Assembly (NCBI GenBank): GCA_020720815.1 | Contig: DYNY01000003.1 | Location: 1,002-65,001 of the forward strand | From: Candidatus Elulimicrobium sp. | GTDB lineage: Bacteria > Patescibacteriota > Minisyncoccia > Phycocordibacterales > UBA918 | Reading direction: 5' to 3' | DNA length: 64,000 nt | Part shown: one piece after another, positions 9,602 through 18,793 of the stretch | How positions within the stretch are numbered: the stretch's first letter is position 1 | How the letters are laid out: each line of letters opens with the position of its first letter | Program-made: the position numbers and the translations under genes | Notes under the pieces: model-generated | The model's input: only the letters and a program-made list of their open reading frames with translations | What the model was told of the DNA's origin: nothing | Databases searched by the model: none

Positions 9602-9659
9602 TTTTTAAGCTATAATTTAAGTAAGGTTAACTTTAGCACTATTAATTAATAAAATAAAC

Positions 9660-10046
9660 ATGAAAAATTTTGGTCAAGAATTTAAAGCTTTTGTTATGCG
9701 GGGTAACGTGGTCGATCTGGCTGTGGCGGTCGTGATTGGTGCCGCTTTTGGTAAGATTGTTACTTCATTAGTAGAAAACATTATTACTCCACTTATTGGG
9801 GTACTTTTGGGCGGAGTAAATTTTACTGGTTTTTCGTTTACGATCGGTAAGGCGGTTGTAAACTATGGTGTATTCATTCAAAGTATTTTTGATTTTGTCG
9901 TTATTGCGCTAGCTATCTTTGTAGCCATCAAAGCTTTAAGTAAGCTACAAAAGAAAGAAGAAATAGCACCCTCAGCGGAAAAGATAGTAGAACCAACGGA
10001 AGAAATTAAGTTGCTACGAGAGATTCGCGATAGCTTGAGGCGGTAG
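9660..10046 (+). CDS. mscL: Large-conductance mechanosensitive channel
   Basis: EFKAFVMRGNVVDLAVAVVIGAAFGKIV...LLREIRDSL. Confidence 0.97.
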   Translation: MKNFGQEFKAFVMRGNVVDLAVAVVIGAAFGKIVTSLVENIITPLIGVLLGGVNFTGFSFTIGKAVVNYGVFIQSIFDFVVIALAIFVAIKALSKLQKKEEIAPSAEKIVEPTEEIKLLREIRDSLRR

Positions 10047-10154
10047 GTAGAGATTAAGAATAAACACAAAAACCAGTGGGTCTTTTTTGTTCGGAAGGCT
10101 CTTTTTTCTTGACCAACTAGTCAGATTTATAGTAGAGGTTTACGGGACTCACAG

Positions 10155-10163
10155 TTATCCACA
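10155..10163 (+). promoter_or_regulatory. Consensus DnaA box upstream of nrd operon
   Basis: Exact TTATCCACA. Confidence 0.5.
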
Positions 10164-10462
10164 TTAGTGTTTACCGAACATGGCAATAAGGACTTTATTT
10201 TCAGCCGTTTAACGAAAAATAAGCTTTCTTTAAAAGATGGTATTATTTAATAACGCACGAGTTTCTCCACCGTGTGTTGGGGGTATCTTAGGCACAAGCG
10301 GACATGTACCATGACACAACAACATGGAGGCTGTTCCTGTCATATTTATATCTTTCTTAAACCTAACTGCGGACATTGACTATACAACAATGTATCCACC
10401 ACCAATTATGTTTGTGAGAGATTCCTTGAGAATTTATTGTTAATAGTTTTAGTAGTTGAAGT

Positions 10463-11776
10463 ATGGACATTAAAAATATTCGTAAGCGCGATGGTTCGAT
10501 TCAGTCATTCAATATCGATAAAGTGCAAAGTGCTATTTTGAAAGCACTCTACGAGACACAAGAAGGCGAAGTCACTGACGCCAAAAAAGTGGCTGACCTT
10601 ACTTTGCAAAAAACTATTGCCATGTGTACGCAGGCGGTTAATGCTTTGCCAGATGAGCCAGCGGCATTGAAGTGTGTGGATGGGTATCCGGCGGTAGAAG
10701 AAGTACAAGACTTAGTGGAGCAGTCTTTGATGGAACTTAATTACTTTGAGACCGCCAAGGCATATATAATTTATCGTAATAATAGAAAGAAGCTACGTGA
10801 GAGAGATATTTTTAAGGCTCGAGTAAATCTTAAACCATATGAATACCCAGAGCTTTATGAGTATACTAATTCGATTCGACATTCCTACTGGATTCATACG
10901 GAGTTTAATTACACTAGTGACATCAATGATTTTCATGTAAACGTAACAGAGGGTGAACGAGTGGCGATAAAAAATGCCATGCTTGCGATTGCCCAGATAG
11001 AGGTGTCCGTCAAAACTTTCTGGGGTGATATCTACAAAAAAATGCCGAAACCAGAAATTGGTTCAGTGGGGGCTACTTTTTCTGAAAGTGAAGTAAGACA
11101 CGCCGATGCTTACTCCCACTTGTTAGAAATCCTTGGACTTAATCAGGAATTTGAGCGAGTAAAAGATATTCCTGTGATTCAAGAGCGCATCAAGTACCTT
11201 GAGAAAACTATCAAGTTGTCACAAACTGATGAAAATCGTCAATACATGCACTCAGTGCTATTATTTTCATTATTTATTGAGCACGTCTCACTTTTCTCTC
11301 AGTTTTTGATTATTATGTCTTTCAACAAGCACCGTAATATTTTCAAGGGTATTAGTAATGCGGTTGAGGCTACCTCAAAAGAAGAACAAATTCATGGTTT
11401 GTTCGGTATTGATGTGATCAACATTATTAAGAAAGAACATCCTGAATGGTTTGATGAAGCTTGCAAGGATATGATAATTAAAGCTTGTGAAGAAGCTTAT
11501 GAAGCTGAAAGCAAGATCATTGATTGGATTTATGAAGCAGGGGAATTAGACTTTTTACCATCCACAAATGTAAAGGAGTTTGTCAAAAATCGCTTAAATA
11601 ATTCACTAGCATCAATTGGTTTACCGCGTATCTTTGAGGTAAGTGAAGCATTACTTGAAGAAACGGATTGGTTTGATAACGAAGTGATAGCTACCAAGCA
11701 TGTCGATTTCTTTCATAAGCGCTCAATTAATTACAATAAACGCAGTGCGAGTGTGACGAGTGAGGATTTATTTTAA
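10463..11776 (+). CDS. nrdB: Ribonucleotide reductase beta subunit with N-terminal ATP-cone (NrdBi, class Id-like)
   Basis: IRKRDG...VEEVQDLVE..AKAYIIYR cone; ESEVRHADAY, IEHVSLFSQF, SKEEQIH, DFFHKR. Confidence 0.92.
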   Translation: MDIKNIRKRDGSIQSFNIDKVQSAILKALYETQEGEVTDAKKVADLTLQKTIAMCTQAVNALPDEPAALKCVDGYPAVEEVQDLVEQSLMELNYFETAKAYIIYRNNRKKLRERDIFKARVNLKPYEYPELYEYTNSIRHSYWIHTEFNYTSDINDFHVNVTEGERVAIKNAMLAIAQIEVSVKTFWGDIYKKMPKPEIGSVGATFSESEVRHADAYSHLLEILGLNQEFERVKDIPVIQERIKYLEKTIKLSQTDENRQYMHSVLLFSLFIEHVSLFSQFLIIMSFNKHRNIFKGISNAVEATSKEEQIHGLFGIDVINIIKKEHPEWFDEACKDMIIKACEEAYEAESKIIDWIYEAGELDFLPSTNVKEFVKNRLNNSLASIGLPRIFEVSEALLEETDWFDNEVIATKHVDFFHKRSINYNKRSASVTSEDLF

Positions 11777-11808
11777 ATTTACTAAATTAAATAGCAGATA
11801 AGTTAGAT

Positions 11809-13497
11809 ATGGACTCATGGTACTGGTTGAATGAAAATAGTCTCGGTTTTCTTGCTCGGGGTTATTTAGGGGAAGGACAGACGCCAGAGGAAAGAATTAG
11901 AGTGATTGCTGATACGGCCGAGAAATATCTTGGACGCAAAGGTTTTGCTGACAAGTTTTATAAGTACATGGGTAAGGGATGGATATCTCTAGCTTCACCA
12001 GTTTGGTCAAACTTTGGTAGTACCAAGGGCCTGCCAATTAGTTGTTTTGGTTCTTACATAGCAGACAACATGGGTAGCATTCTTTATTCTAACGCAGAAG
12101 TTGGTATGATGAGTAAGTTTGGTGGTGGCTGTTCTGGATACATGGGGGCACTGCGCGGGCGTGGGTCTAGTATTTCTGATAACGGACAATCTTCCGGCGC
12201 CGTGCATTTTATGCAACTATTTGAAACCTTGGTGGACGTGGTGAGTCAAGGTTCAGTCCGTCGCGGACACTTCTCGCCATACTTACCAGTTGAACACCCA
12301 GATATTTTAGAATTTTTAGACATTGGAACCGAAGGTAACCCAATTCAAAAGTTGACACACGCTGTGACGGTAACTGATAAATGGATGGAAGAGATGGTGG
12401 CTGGTGATAATGAAAAGCGAGCTATTTGGGCACGGGTAATTCAGCGTCGTGGTGAGATGGGTTATCCATATATTATGTTTACCGATACGGCCAACAAAAA
12501 TACCGTTGATGTATACAAAGAAAAAGGCCTCACTATTTATGCTAGTAACATGTGCAGTGAGATTATGTTACCGTCAAACGATGATTGGTCATTTGTCTGT
12601 TGTCTTTCTTCAATTAACCTTCTTCATTATGACGATTGGAAAGATACAGATTTAGTGGAGACTATGATTGCTTTTTTGGATGCTGTGATGGAGGACTTTA
12701 TTGTAAAGCTCGAAGCGATGCGTGATCATAAGGACCCAGAAAAGCGTTTAGGTTTTAGTTTTATGGAGCGAGCTTATAACTTTGCTAAGGCTAACCGAGC
12801 TTTAGGTCTTGGTGTCCTTGGTTGGCATTCACTGTTGCAGGCTAAACAACTAGCTTTTCAAAGCGAAGAAGCGGAAAAGATGAATATCGCAGTTTTCAAA
12901 AACATCAAAGAGCGAGCCACCAAGGCTAGTAAAGATTTAGCGGAAGAGTTGGGTGAACCAGCTGTACTTAATGGTTATGGTCGCCGTAACACCACATTGC
13001 TAGCAATTGCTCCGACCACTTCCTCAGCTTTTATATTGGGGCAGGTATCACAAGGAATTGAGCCAATCTGGTCCAACTGCTACGTTAAGGATGTGGCCAA
13101 GATGAAAGTGACAATCAAAAACCCAACTCTCCAGACTTTGTTGTCGGAAAAAGGAAAAGATACTAAAGTGATCTGGGATAGTATTCGCGATACTGATGGT
13201 TCGGTCCAACACCTCGATTTTTTGACTGACCAAGAGCGAGCGGTTTTTCGTACTTTTTCAGAAATTGATCAAGGAGCGGTGATTAAGCAGGCGGCCGATA
13301 GACAAGTTTATATCGACCAAGGTCAATCATTAAATATTATGGTTGAACCAGATACACCAGTCAAAGATATCAATCAGCTCTATATTCAGGCTTGGAGACA
13401 GGGTATAAAATCCCTTTACTACCAGCACTCGATGAACGCAGCTCAGCAGATGGTGCGCAAGAAGTTGGCCGCTAACGCAAAAGAGGCAGGCAAATAG
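11809..13497 (+). CDS. nrdA: Ribonucleotide reductase alpha subunit, cone-less (NrdAi)
   Basis: PISCF, SNMCSE, VCCL, APTTSS, IDQGQSLN, KSLYY. Confidence 0.93.
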   Translation: MDSWYWLNENSLGFLARGYLGEGQTPEERIRVIADTAEKYLGRKGFADKFYKYMGKGWISLASPVWSNFGSTKGLPISCFGSYIADNMGSILYSNAEVGMMSKFGGGCSGYMGALRGRGSSISDNGQSSGAVHFMQLFETLVDVVSQGSVRRGHFSPYLPVEHPDILEFLDIGTEGNPIQKLTHAVTVTDKWMEEMVAGDNEKRAIWARVIQRRGEMGYPYIMFTDTANKNTVDVYKEKGLTIYASNMCSEIMLPSNDDWSFVCCLSSINLLHYDDWKDTDLVETMIAFLDAVMEDFIVKLEAMRDHKDPEKRLGFSFMERAYNFAKANRALGLGVLGWHSLLQAKQLAFQSEEAEKMNIAVFKNIKERATKASKDLAEELGEPAVLNGYGRRNTTLLAIAPTTSSAFILGQVSQGIEPIWSNCYVKDVAKMKVTIKNPTLQTLLSEKGKDTKVIWDSIRDTDGSVQHLDFLTDQERAVFRTFSEIDQGAVIKQAADRQVYIDQGQSLNIMVEPDTPVKDINQLYIQAWRQGIKSLYYQHSMNAAQQMVRKKLAANAKEAGK

Positions 13498-13653
13498 AAA
13501 TAAAACAGCCGAACCGCTAATCTAGATGAGGAATTGCTCGGCTGTTTTTATATACCAACCAGTACTTGCCATCTTTTTCTGGTCGGAGTACGATATTTAG
13601 TACCTTAAGCCACAGAGGCAAATGAGGGGAAATAAGTACATAATGGAGTGAGT

Positions 13654-13860
13654 ATGGGGAATAAGAATCAGACTGGTGGTGATTTTTGCGGTGGTCTCCC
13701 ACACGCTGAAAGGTGCGCTATCCAGCAGTACAGAATGAGGTTTGGTTGCACCAGTGTAACTGGTGCAAAAACCGCTTCCTTATCTGTAAATGCGCAGAGT
13801 ATTTCGAATGCTGAGCCTGTCCAACAGGGCGATGTCAGCGTTACCGACAAGAAGACCTGA
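13654..13860 (+). CDS. Putative small orphan protein
   Basis: GGAG SD before ATG; hairpins downstream; no family recognised. Confidence 0.35.
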   Translation: MGNKNQTGGDFCGGLPHAERCAIQQYRMRFGCTSVTGAKTASLSVNAQSISNAEPVQQGDVSVTDKKT

Positions 13861-14006
13861 GGACTAGTCACCAACTAGTTCGATTAAGAGGCCTCCGGCA
13901 ACCCCGGCGGCTTTTCGTTTCTGGTTGACTTAGTTATGGTCTGGGCGTACTATTTTTTTGGTCAAGTTTTTAAAGTGTTATTTCGTCAACCAAAAGAGGA
14001 GTTTTG

Positions 14007-14216
14007 ATGCCTTGTATTACAAATGGACGAGCCGGATCAAGGGGGAAGTTGGCTCGAAAGGAGGAAAAGAAATGTGGCAAAGAAGTGGTGCGCCGCAGGG
14101 AATTCCGAAGGAAACTTGCGAAACTTTGCCTGCGTTGGCATAACGCATGGCGAGGGAAGCAGCGAATTCCGAAAGGTCTCATTGAGTCCCTCAAGAAAGA
14201 GGCAAACATCATCTGA
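14007..14216 (+). CDS. Putative small, highly basic orphan protein
   Basis: GAGGAG SD 5 nt before ATG; K/R-rich; terminator aaggtggtccttcggaccacctttt follows. Confidence 0.45.
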   Translation: MPCITNGRAGSRGKLARKEEKKCGKEVVRRREFRRKLAKLCLRWHNAWRGKQRIPKGLIESLKKEANII

Positions 14217-14413
14217 TGTTTTGACAAAATGATTGGAAGTAAGATTAAGGTGGTCCTTCGGACCACCTTTTAAATTGTCTTGGAAAAACGCCTTTTTATA
14301 CCTTTGTAAAGTCTACTAAGTATTTTTGATGAACAAGTAATACACAGGACTGTTGAAAGCTTGGTGGTATGAAAGTGTATACAGTGTATGATAGGGGAAG
14401 TTGAGTATTGGTT

Positions 14414-14472
14414 AAAAAACAGCGAGCAGGGACTACGTATCGCGACTACGCAGTCCCCGCTCGCTGTTTTTT
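14414..14472. terminator. Long GC-rich hairpin flanked by A/T runs
   Basis: aaaaaacagcgagcaggggact...agtccccgctcgctgttttttt. Confidence 0.6.
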
Positions 14473-14508
14473 GTTTTTCTTTTAATAAATTTGTTATAGT
14501 TTAGGTTC

Positions 14509-15453
14509 ATGCGAGCCATTTTTATTTTTGCTTTTATTTTTGCCGTCGTTTTTGCTACCAGTAATTGGTACGTTAATACCGCATCTGTTTGCCCTACACC
14601 TATTACTTATAGTGTTGGTAATCTTGATCCACGTTTTCCTATTTCGGATGATGAAATAAAAGCTGTTGCAACTAAAGCAGAAGCGGTTTGGGAAACTGCG
14701 TCTTTGCGTGATTTATTTGTTTATGACGAACAGTCAGATTTTACAATTAATTTAATTTATGATGAGCGTCAACAGCGGACGGTGACGGAAGAAGAATGGC
14801 GAATAAGGTTAGATGAGATGCAAAAAGAACACCAGGCGTTAATTACTCAAATTGAAGGATTGGGTGTTCGTTACCAAAGTGACGTTGCTTCGTATGATAA
14901 TAAGCGGGAGGAATATGAAGCGAAATTAGTTGCTTACAACGCACAAGTAGAAAAATATAACAAGGCAGGAGGAGCACCACCGGACGTTTTTTCGGCTTTA
15001 CAAGAAGAAGCTGAAAATCTAAATAAAATGCAACGAGAAATGTTGGAATTAGAGAAGAAGCTAAACCAACAAGTCGATATAGTTAATAAGTTAGGAGAAG
15101 AGGGGAATGCCAAAATTGCAGTCTACAACTCTGAAGTCGTAGAGTACAACGAAGTGTTTGGTGCTCTGGAAACCTTTACTCAAGGAGATTACGAACGAGA
15201 ACGAATTAATATCTATAAATTTTCAAGTATTGATGAGTTGACTCGGGTAATAATTCATGAGTTTGGTCACGCCCTTGGTGTTGGTCATGTTGAGGGAGAA
15301 GATTCAGTCATGTATTATTTAATGACAGAGAAAAGTTCCTCGGTTTTATCAGCTGAAGACATCTCTGCTTTAACTGCTATCTGTGGAAGTACTGATACTG
15401 CACAAGCGAAACTACGTCAACTAATAAGAAAACTATTAAAAAACTTTAATTAA
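14509..15453 (+). CDS. Matrixin-family (M10) metalloprotease with coiled-coil insert
   Basis: HEFGHALGVGH plus SVM Met-turn; signal/TM segment. Confidence 0.85.
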   Translation: MRAIFIFAFIFAVVFATSNWYVNTASVCPTPITYSVGNLDPRFPISDDEIKAVATKAEAVWETASLRDLFVYDEQSDFTINLIYDERQQRTVTEEEWRIRLDEMQKEHQALITQIEGLGVRYQSDVASYDNKREEYEAKLVAYNAQVEKYNKAGGAPPDVFSALQEEAENLNKMQREMLELEKKLNQQVDIVNKLGEEGNAKIAVYNSEVVEYNEVFGALETFTQGDYERERINIYKFSSIDELTRVIIHEFGHALGVGHVEGEDSVMYYLMTEKSSSVLSAEDISALTAICGSTDTAQAKLRQLIRKLLKNFN

Positions 15454-15458
15454 TTTAT

Positions 15459-16253
15459 ATGGAAACAACCTTTTTTAGTAACAAGAATAATCGATTGCTG
15501 GGGGCATTAGCTTTGCTAATGTTTATTATCGCCTTAGGTGCTTATACCCAATATACTTTTAAGCAGTCAGAGTATCTATATTCAGGACCAACAACTATTT
15601 CTGTTATTGGTGAGGGCGAAGTCAGTGCTATTCCAGATATTGGCAAGTTTAGTTTTTCGGTTATGGCAGAAGGTGTTGACGCAATAAAAGCACGTGAAGT
15701 GTCAAATACCAAAACAAATGATGTCCTCGCTTTCCTAAAAGAAAAGGGAGTGGAAGAAAAAGATATTAAAACTGAGTCCTACAGTCTTTATCCAAAGTAT
15801 AAATATGAGCAAAGGCCTTGCCCAGTTGGTTCATATTGTCCTGGTGATCAAGTCCAAGATGGATTTGAGGTAATGCAGACTATTTCCGTTAAGGTGCGCA
15901 ATATTGATTTGGCTGGGGATCTAGTTGCTGGAGTAGGCGATAAGGGAGCGACTAACCTCAGTGGTTTAGAATTTACGATTGATGATACGAGTGTACTAAA
16001 AGAGGAAGCCAGAAAAGAAGCGATTGCCGATGCCAAAGCTAAGGCTGAGGTATTAGCTAAGGAGCTAAATGTAAGACTTGAAAGGATGGTTGGTTACTAT
16101 GAAGATGAGAATGGTGGACCGGTGCCATATTATGGTATGGGAGAGGATATGATGGTAAAAACAGCTATGGAGACAGCTCCGGCGTCACCAGACCTACCAG
16201 TCGGAGAGAATGTGACTAAAAGTAGAGTAACAATTACTTACCAAATAAAATAG
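15459..16253 (+). CDS. SIMPL domain (DUF541) protein
   Basis: ISVIGEGEV.AIPD, AIADAKAKAEVLA, VTITYQI. Confidence 0.88.
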   Translation: METTFFSNKNNRLLGALALLMFIIALGAYTQYTFKQSEYLYSGPTTISVIGEGEVSAIPDIGKFSFSVMAEGVDAIKAREVSNTKTNDVLAFLKEKGVEEKDIKTESYSLYPKYKYEQRPCPVGSYCPGDQVQDGFEVMQTISVKVRNIDLAGDLVAGVGDKGATNLSGLEFTIDDTSVLKEEARKEAIADAKAKAEVLAKELNVRLERMVGYYEDENGGPVPYYGMGEDMMVKTAMETAPASPDLPVGENVTKSRVTITYQIK

Positions 16254-16306
16254 GGTAACAGAACACTAAAACAAAAAAGCCCTAAGGGGCTTTTTTGTTA
16301 AAAATT

Positions 16307-16334
16307 TTGACATTATTCAAAATATCTGTATAAT
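16307..16334 (+). promoter_or_regulatory. Sigma70 promoter for secE-nusG
   Basis: TTGACA-16nt-TATAAT directly after a terminator hairpin. Confidence 0.75.
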
Positions 16335-16383
16335 AGTAGTTAATTCGCCCCAGAGGCGTTTTTATTTTGGTAAACTAATTCGT

Positions 16384-16572
16384 ATGAGTAAATTAAGTAA
16401 TTATCTAAGGGACACAATGGTAGAACTTAAGCAGGTATCTTGGCCGACGCAAAGACAAGCTTTTACGTATACAGCATTGGTGATTGTTATTTCAGTGTTC
16501 GTCTCTTTCTTTTTAGGGGCTTTCGATTTCCTATTTACTAAAGTGGTGGAGTTTATTGTTGGAACGGTTTAA
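16384..16572 (+). CDS. secE: Preprotein translocase subunit SecE
   Basis: ELKQVSWPT motif plus TM; upstream of nusG. Confidence 0.93.
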   Translation: MSKLSNYLRDTMVELKQVSWPTQRQAFTYTALVIVISVFVSFFLGAFDFLFTKVVEFIVGTV

Positions 16573-16591
16573 TTAGTATTAATAATTTATT

Positions 16592-17137
16592 ATGGCTAAA
16601 CAACAAGGCACAGGCGAACGGCATTGGTATGCAATACACACTTACTCCGGCTATGAAAACGCTGTAACCAGAAATCTAAAACAACGTATTGATTCACTTG
16701 GTATGAATGATAAGATTTTCAGTGTGGTAGTACCAACTGAAAAAAAGATTCGCGTGAAGGGAGGGAAGCGGGTAATGGAAGAAGAAAGAATTTATCCGGG
16801 TTATGTATTGGTAGAAATGATCGTCGATGATGAGTCATGGTATGTGGTACGTAATACACCTAGAGTCACCGGCTTTGTTGGTAGTGGTACTCAACCAGTC
16901 CCACTTACTCCAGCCGAATACAATGCTCTAATGGAACGAATGTCGACCGATACGGTAAAGCATAAACTTGATATTGCTCCCGGAGACATTGTTACGATTG
17001 TGGATGGGCCATTCAAAGACCTAGAAGGACACGTCGGTGAGGTTGATGAAAAGAGCGGTAAGGTTAAGGTTTTGGTGTCGATGTTTGGACGCGAGACCCC
17101 GGTCGAGCTAGATTTTTTGCAGTTAAAGCGTGTGTAA
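16592..17137 (+). CDS. nusG: Transcription termination/antitermination factor NusG
   Basis: WYAIHTYSGYE, PGYVLVEM, VRNTPRVTGFVG, FGRETPVEL. Confidence 0.97.
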   Translation: MAKQQGTGERHWYAIHTYSGYENAVTRNLKQRIDSLGMNDKIFSVVVPTEKKIRVKGGKRVMEEERIYPGYVLVEMIVDDESWYVVRNTPRVTGFVGSGTQPVPLTPAEYNALMERMSTDTVKHKLDIAPGDIVTIVDGPFKDLEGHVGEVDEKSGKVKVLVSMFGRETPVELDFLQLKRV

Positions 17138-17157
17138 AAGATTCTAATTTTGCATAT

Positions 17158-17245
17158 TGGCTTTGTTGGTCGTCAGAAAATTTTGTTCAATGTACGATAA
17201 AGTACACCTCACAAATTTTCTTTAACCGTCTCGCCATTGCATCAA
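17158..17245. repeat. Imperfect palindromic intergenic element
   Basis: cgtcagaaaattttg...gtac..gtac...caaattttct; same architecture as 42955-43055. Confidence 0.45.
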
Positions 17246-17494
17246 AACTAAACCTTTTAGAAAAAAGCCCCTCGGGGCTTTTTTCTTGTTTTCCAAGCCC
17301 AGCCCCCCAGCTATTTGCGGAGGGCGAATATTGGGGTGGTGGGCGGAGCAAATAGCTGGGGGACTGGGCGTAGGGGAATAAGACAGGCCTATTTCTATTG
17401 CAAAATAACCCTTTTTCTTGTAGGATACGCAAGCTTCTAAGTAGGAATCTGTAATGGAACAGGGACTGAAAATAATTTAAATTTAATCAACCAC

Positions 17495-17917
17495 ATGGCA
17501 AAAAAATTAGTAAAGAAAATCAAAGTTCAAGCCACAGGTGGAAAAGCTACACCAGCTCCACCTTTAGGACCAGTACTAGGACAAGCCGGTATTAATATCG
17601 GTGAGTTCGTTAATCAATTTAACGAACAAACACGTGACCGTATGGGTCAGGTAGTACCGGTAGAACTTTCGGTTTACGATGATCGTACTTTTACTTTCAT
17701 TACCAAAGTATCACCAATGTCTCGTCTTATTCTAAAGGCACTCGGTAAAGACAAGGGTTCAAGTAAGAATGCTGTATCAAAAGTCGGTACCCTTACACAG
17801 GCTCAAGTCAAAGCCATTGCTGAAGAAAAGATGGCTGATCTCAACGCTGCTTCACTCGAAGCTGCGATGAAAACAGTGGCCGGTACTGCGCGCTCAATGG
17901 GCGTAAACGTGGAATAA
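17495..17917 (+). CDS. rplK: 50S ribosomal protein L11
   Basis: ATPAPPLGPVLGQAGINIGEF...GTARSMG. Confidence 0.97.
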   Translation: MAKKLVKKIKVQATGGKATPAPPLGPVLGQAGINIGEFVNQFNEQTRDRMGQVVPVELSVYDDRTFTFITKVSPMSRLILKALGKDKGSSKNAVSKVGTLTQAQVKAIAEEKMADLNAASLEAAMKTVAGTARSMGVNVE

Positions 17918-18113
17918 ATCCACGTTTACGAAGCTTTTGAGCTCTTTTATGAGCGATAGCGATGTAAAAGAGCCAAAAGGTATACAGTTTCTGTTAAGAA
18001 ATAAACGTGGAATAAATCCACGTTTACGAAGCTTTTGAGCTCTTTTATGAGCGATAGCGATGTAAAAGAGCCAAAAGGTATACAGTTTCTGTTAAGAAAT
18101 AAACGTGGAATAA
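17904..18113 (+). repeat. 98-bp tandem repeat (2 copies plus 14 bp) starting in the last codons of rplK
   Basis: Units start at 17904, 18002 and 18100 with taaacgtggaataa. Confidence 0.9.
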
Positions 18114-18128
18114 TAGACAAAATCAAGT

Positions 18129-18165
18129 AAAAAACCAGCGGTCTCTTAGAGACCGCTGGTTTTTT
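18129..18165. terminator. Bidirectional terminator between rplK and folA
   Basis: aaaaaaccagcggtctc-tta-gagaccgctggtttttt. Confidence 0.85.
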
Positions 18166-18200
18166 GGTATTATAAAACTTACTTAAACATTAAGAAAACA

Positions 18201-18722
18201 TTAAGAATTTCGTCTTTTATAATCAACCCATTGAAATTCAAAGTTGCCACTTTGTACTGGTATGTGCTCTTTGGTAGGAACAAAATCATTTTCATATTCT
18301 GGGAAGAAAGAATCAGCTAATGGTTCGCTATCGACAATGGTTAGGTGTAAGCGATCAACATACGGCATGGTTGTTGCGTAAAGTTCGGCTCCACCGCCAA
18401 TGTGTATCTCTTTGGGATTTCCTCTCTCTGCAATAGCAAAGGCAGCCTCTAGTGAACCGGCGGTAATAGCGCCCGGGACTTTGTAGTCAGGGTTACGGGT
18501 GACAATGATATTGGTCCTACCTGGTAGTGGCTTGCCCAGCATAGCGACGATAGATTCAAAGGTCTTTCGCCCCATAATAATAGGATGACCAAGGGTCAGC
18601 TCCTTAAATCGCTTTAAGTCCGCTGGAATATGCCAGAGAAGCTTATTTTTATAACCAATAGCTCGTTTCTTTCGGCTCATCGCCGCCACGATTACGATCG
18701 GTGTGGTTGGAAAGTGCATCAT
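18201..18722 (-). CDS. folA: Dihydrofolate reductase
   Basis: AIG..NKLLWHIPADLKRFK, IMGRKTFESI, PLPGRTNI, IGGGAELY, ADSFFP. Confidence 0.95.
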   Translation of the reverse strand: MMHFPTTPIVIVAAMSRKKRAIGYKNKLLWHIPADLKRFKELTLGHPIIMGRKTFESIVAMLGKPLPGRTNIIVTRNPDYKVPGAITAGSLEAAFAIAERGNPKEIHIGGGAELYATTMPYVDRLHLTIVDSEPLADSFFPEYENDFVPTKEHIPVQSGNFEFQWVDYKRRNS

Positions 18723-18793
18723 GGTCACATTATGCCACAAGCCAGAGTGGATGTCTTTTGGCAGACCGCTTCGGGCTCACGTATAATAGAGTC

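Noticed and set aside
14023-14232. Alternative small ORF
   Set aside because: Overlaps 14007-14216, which has the SD; neither is certain
17904-18113. CRISPR array
   Set aside because: The repeated unit is only 14 bp with identical intervening sequences and no cas genes; it is a tandem duplication
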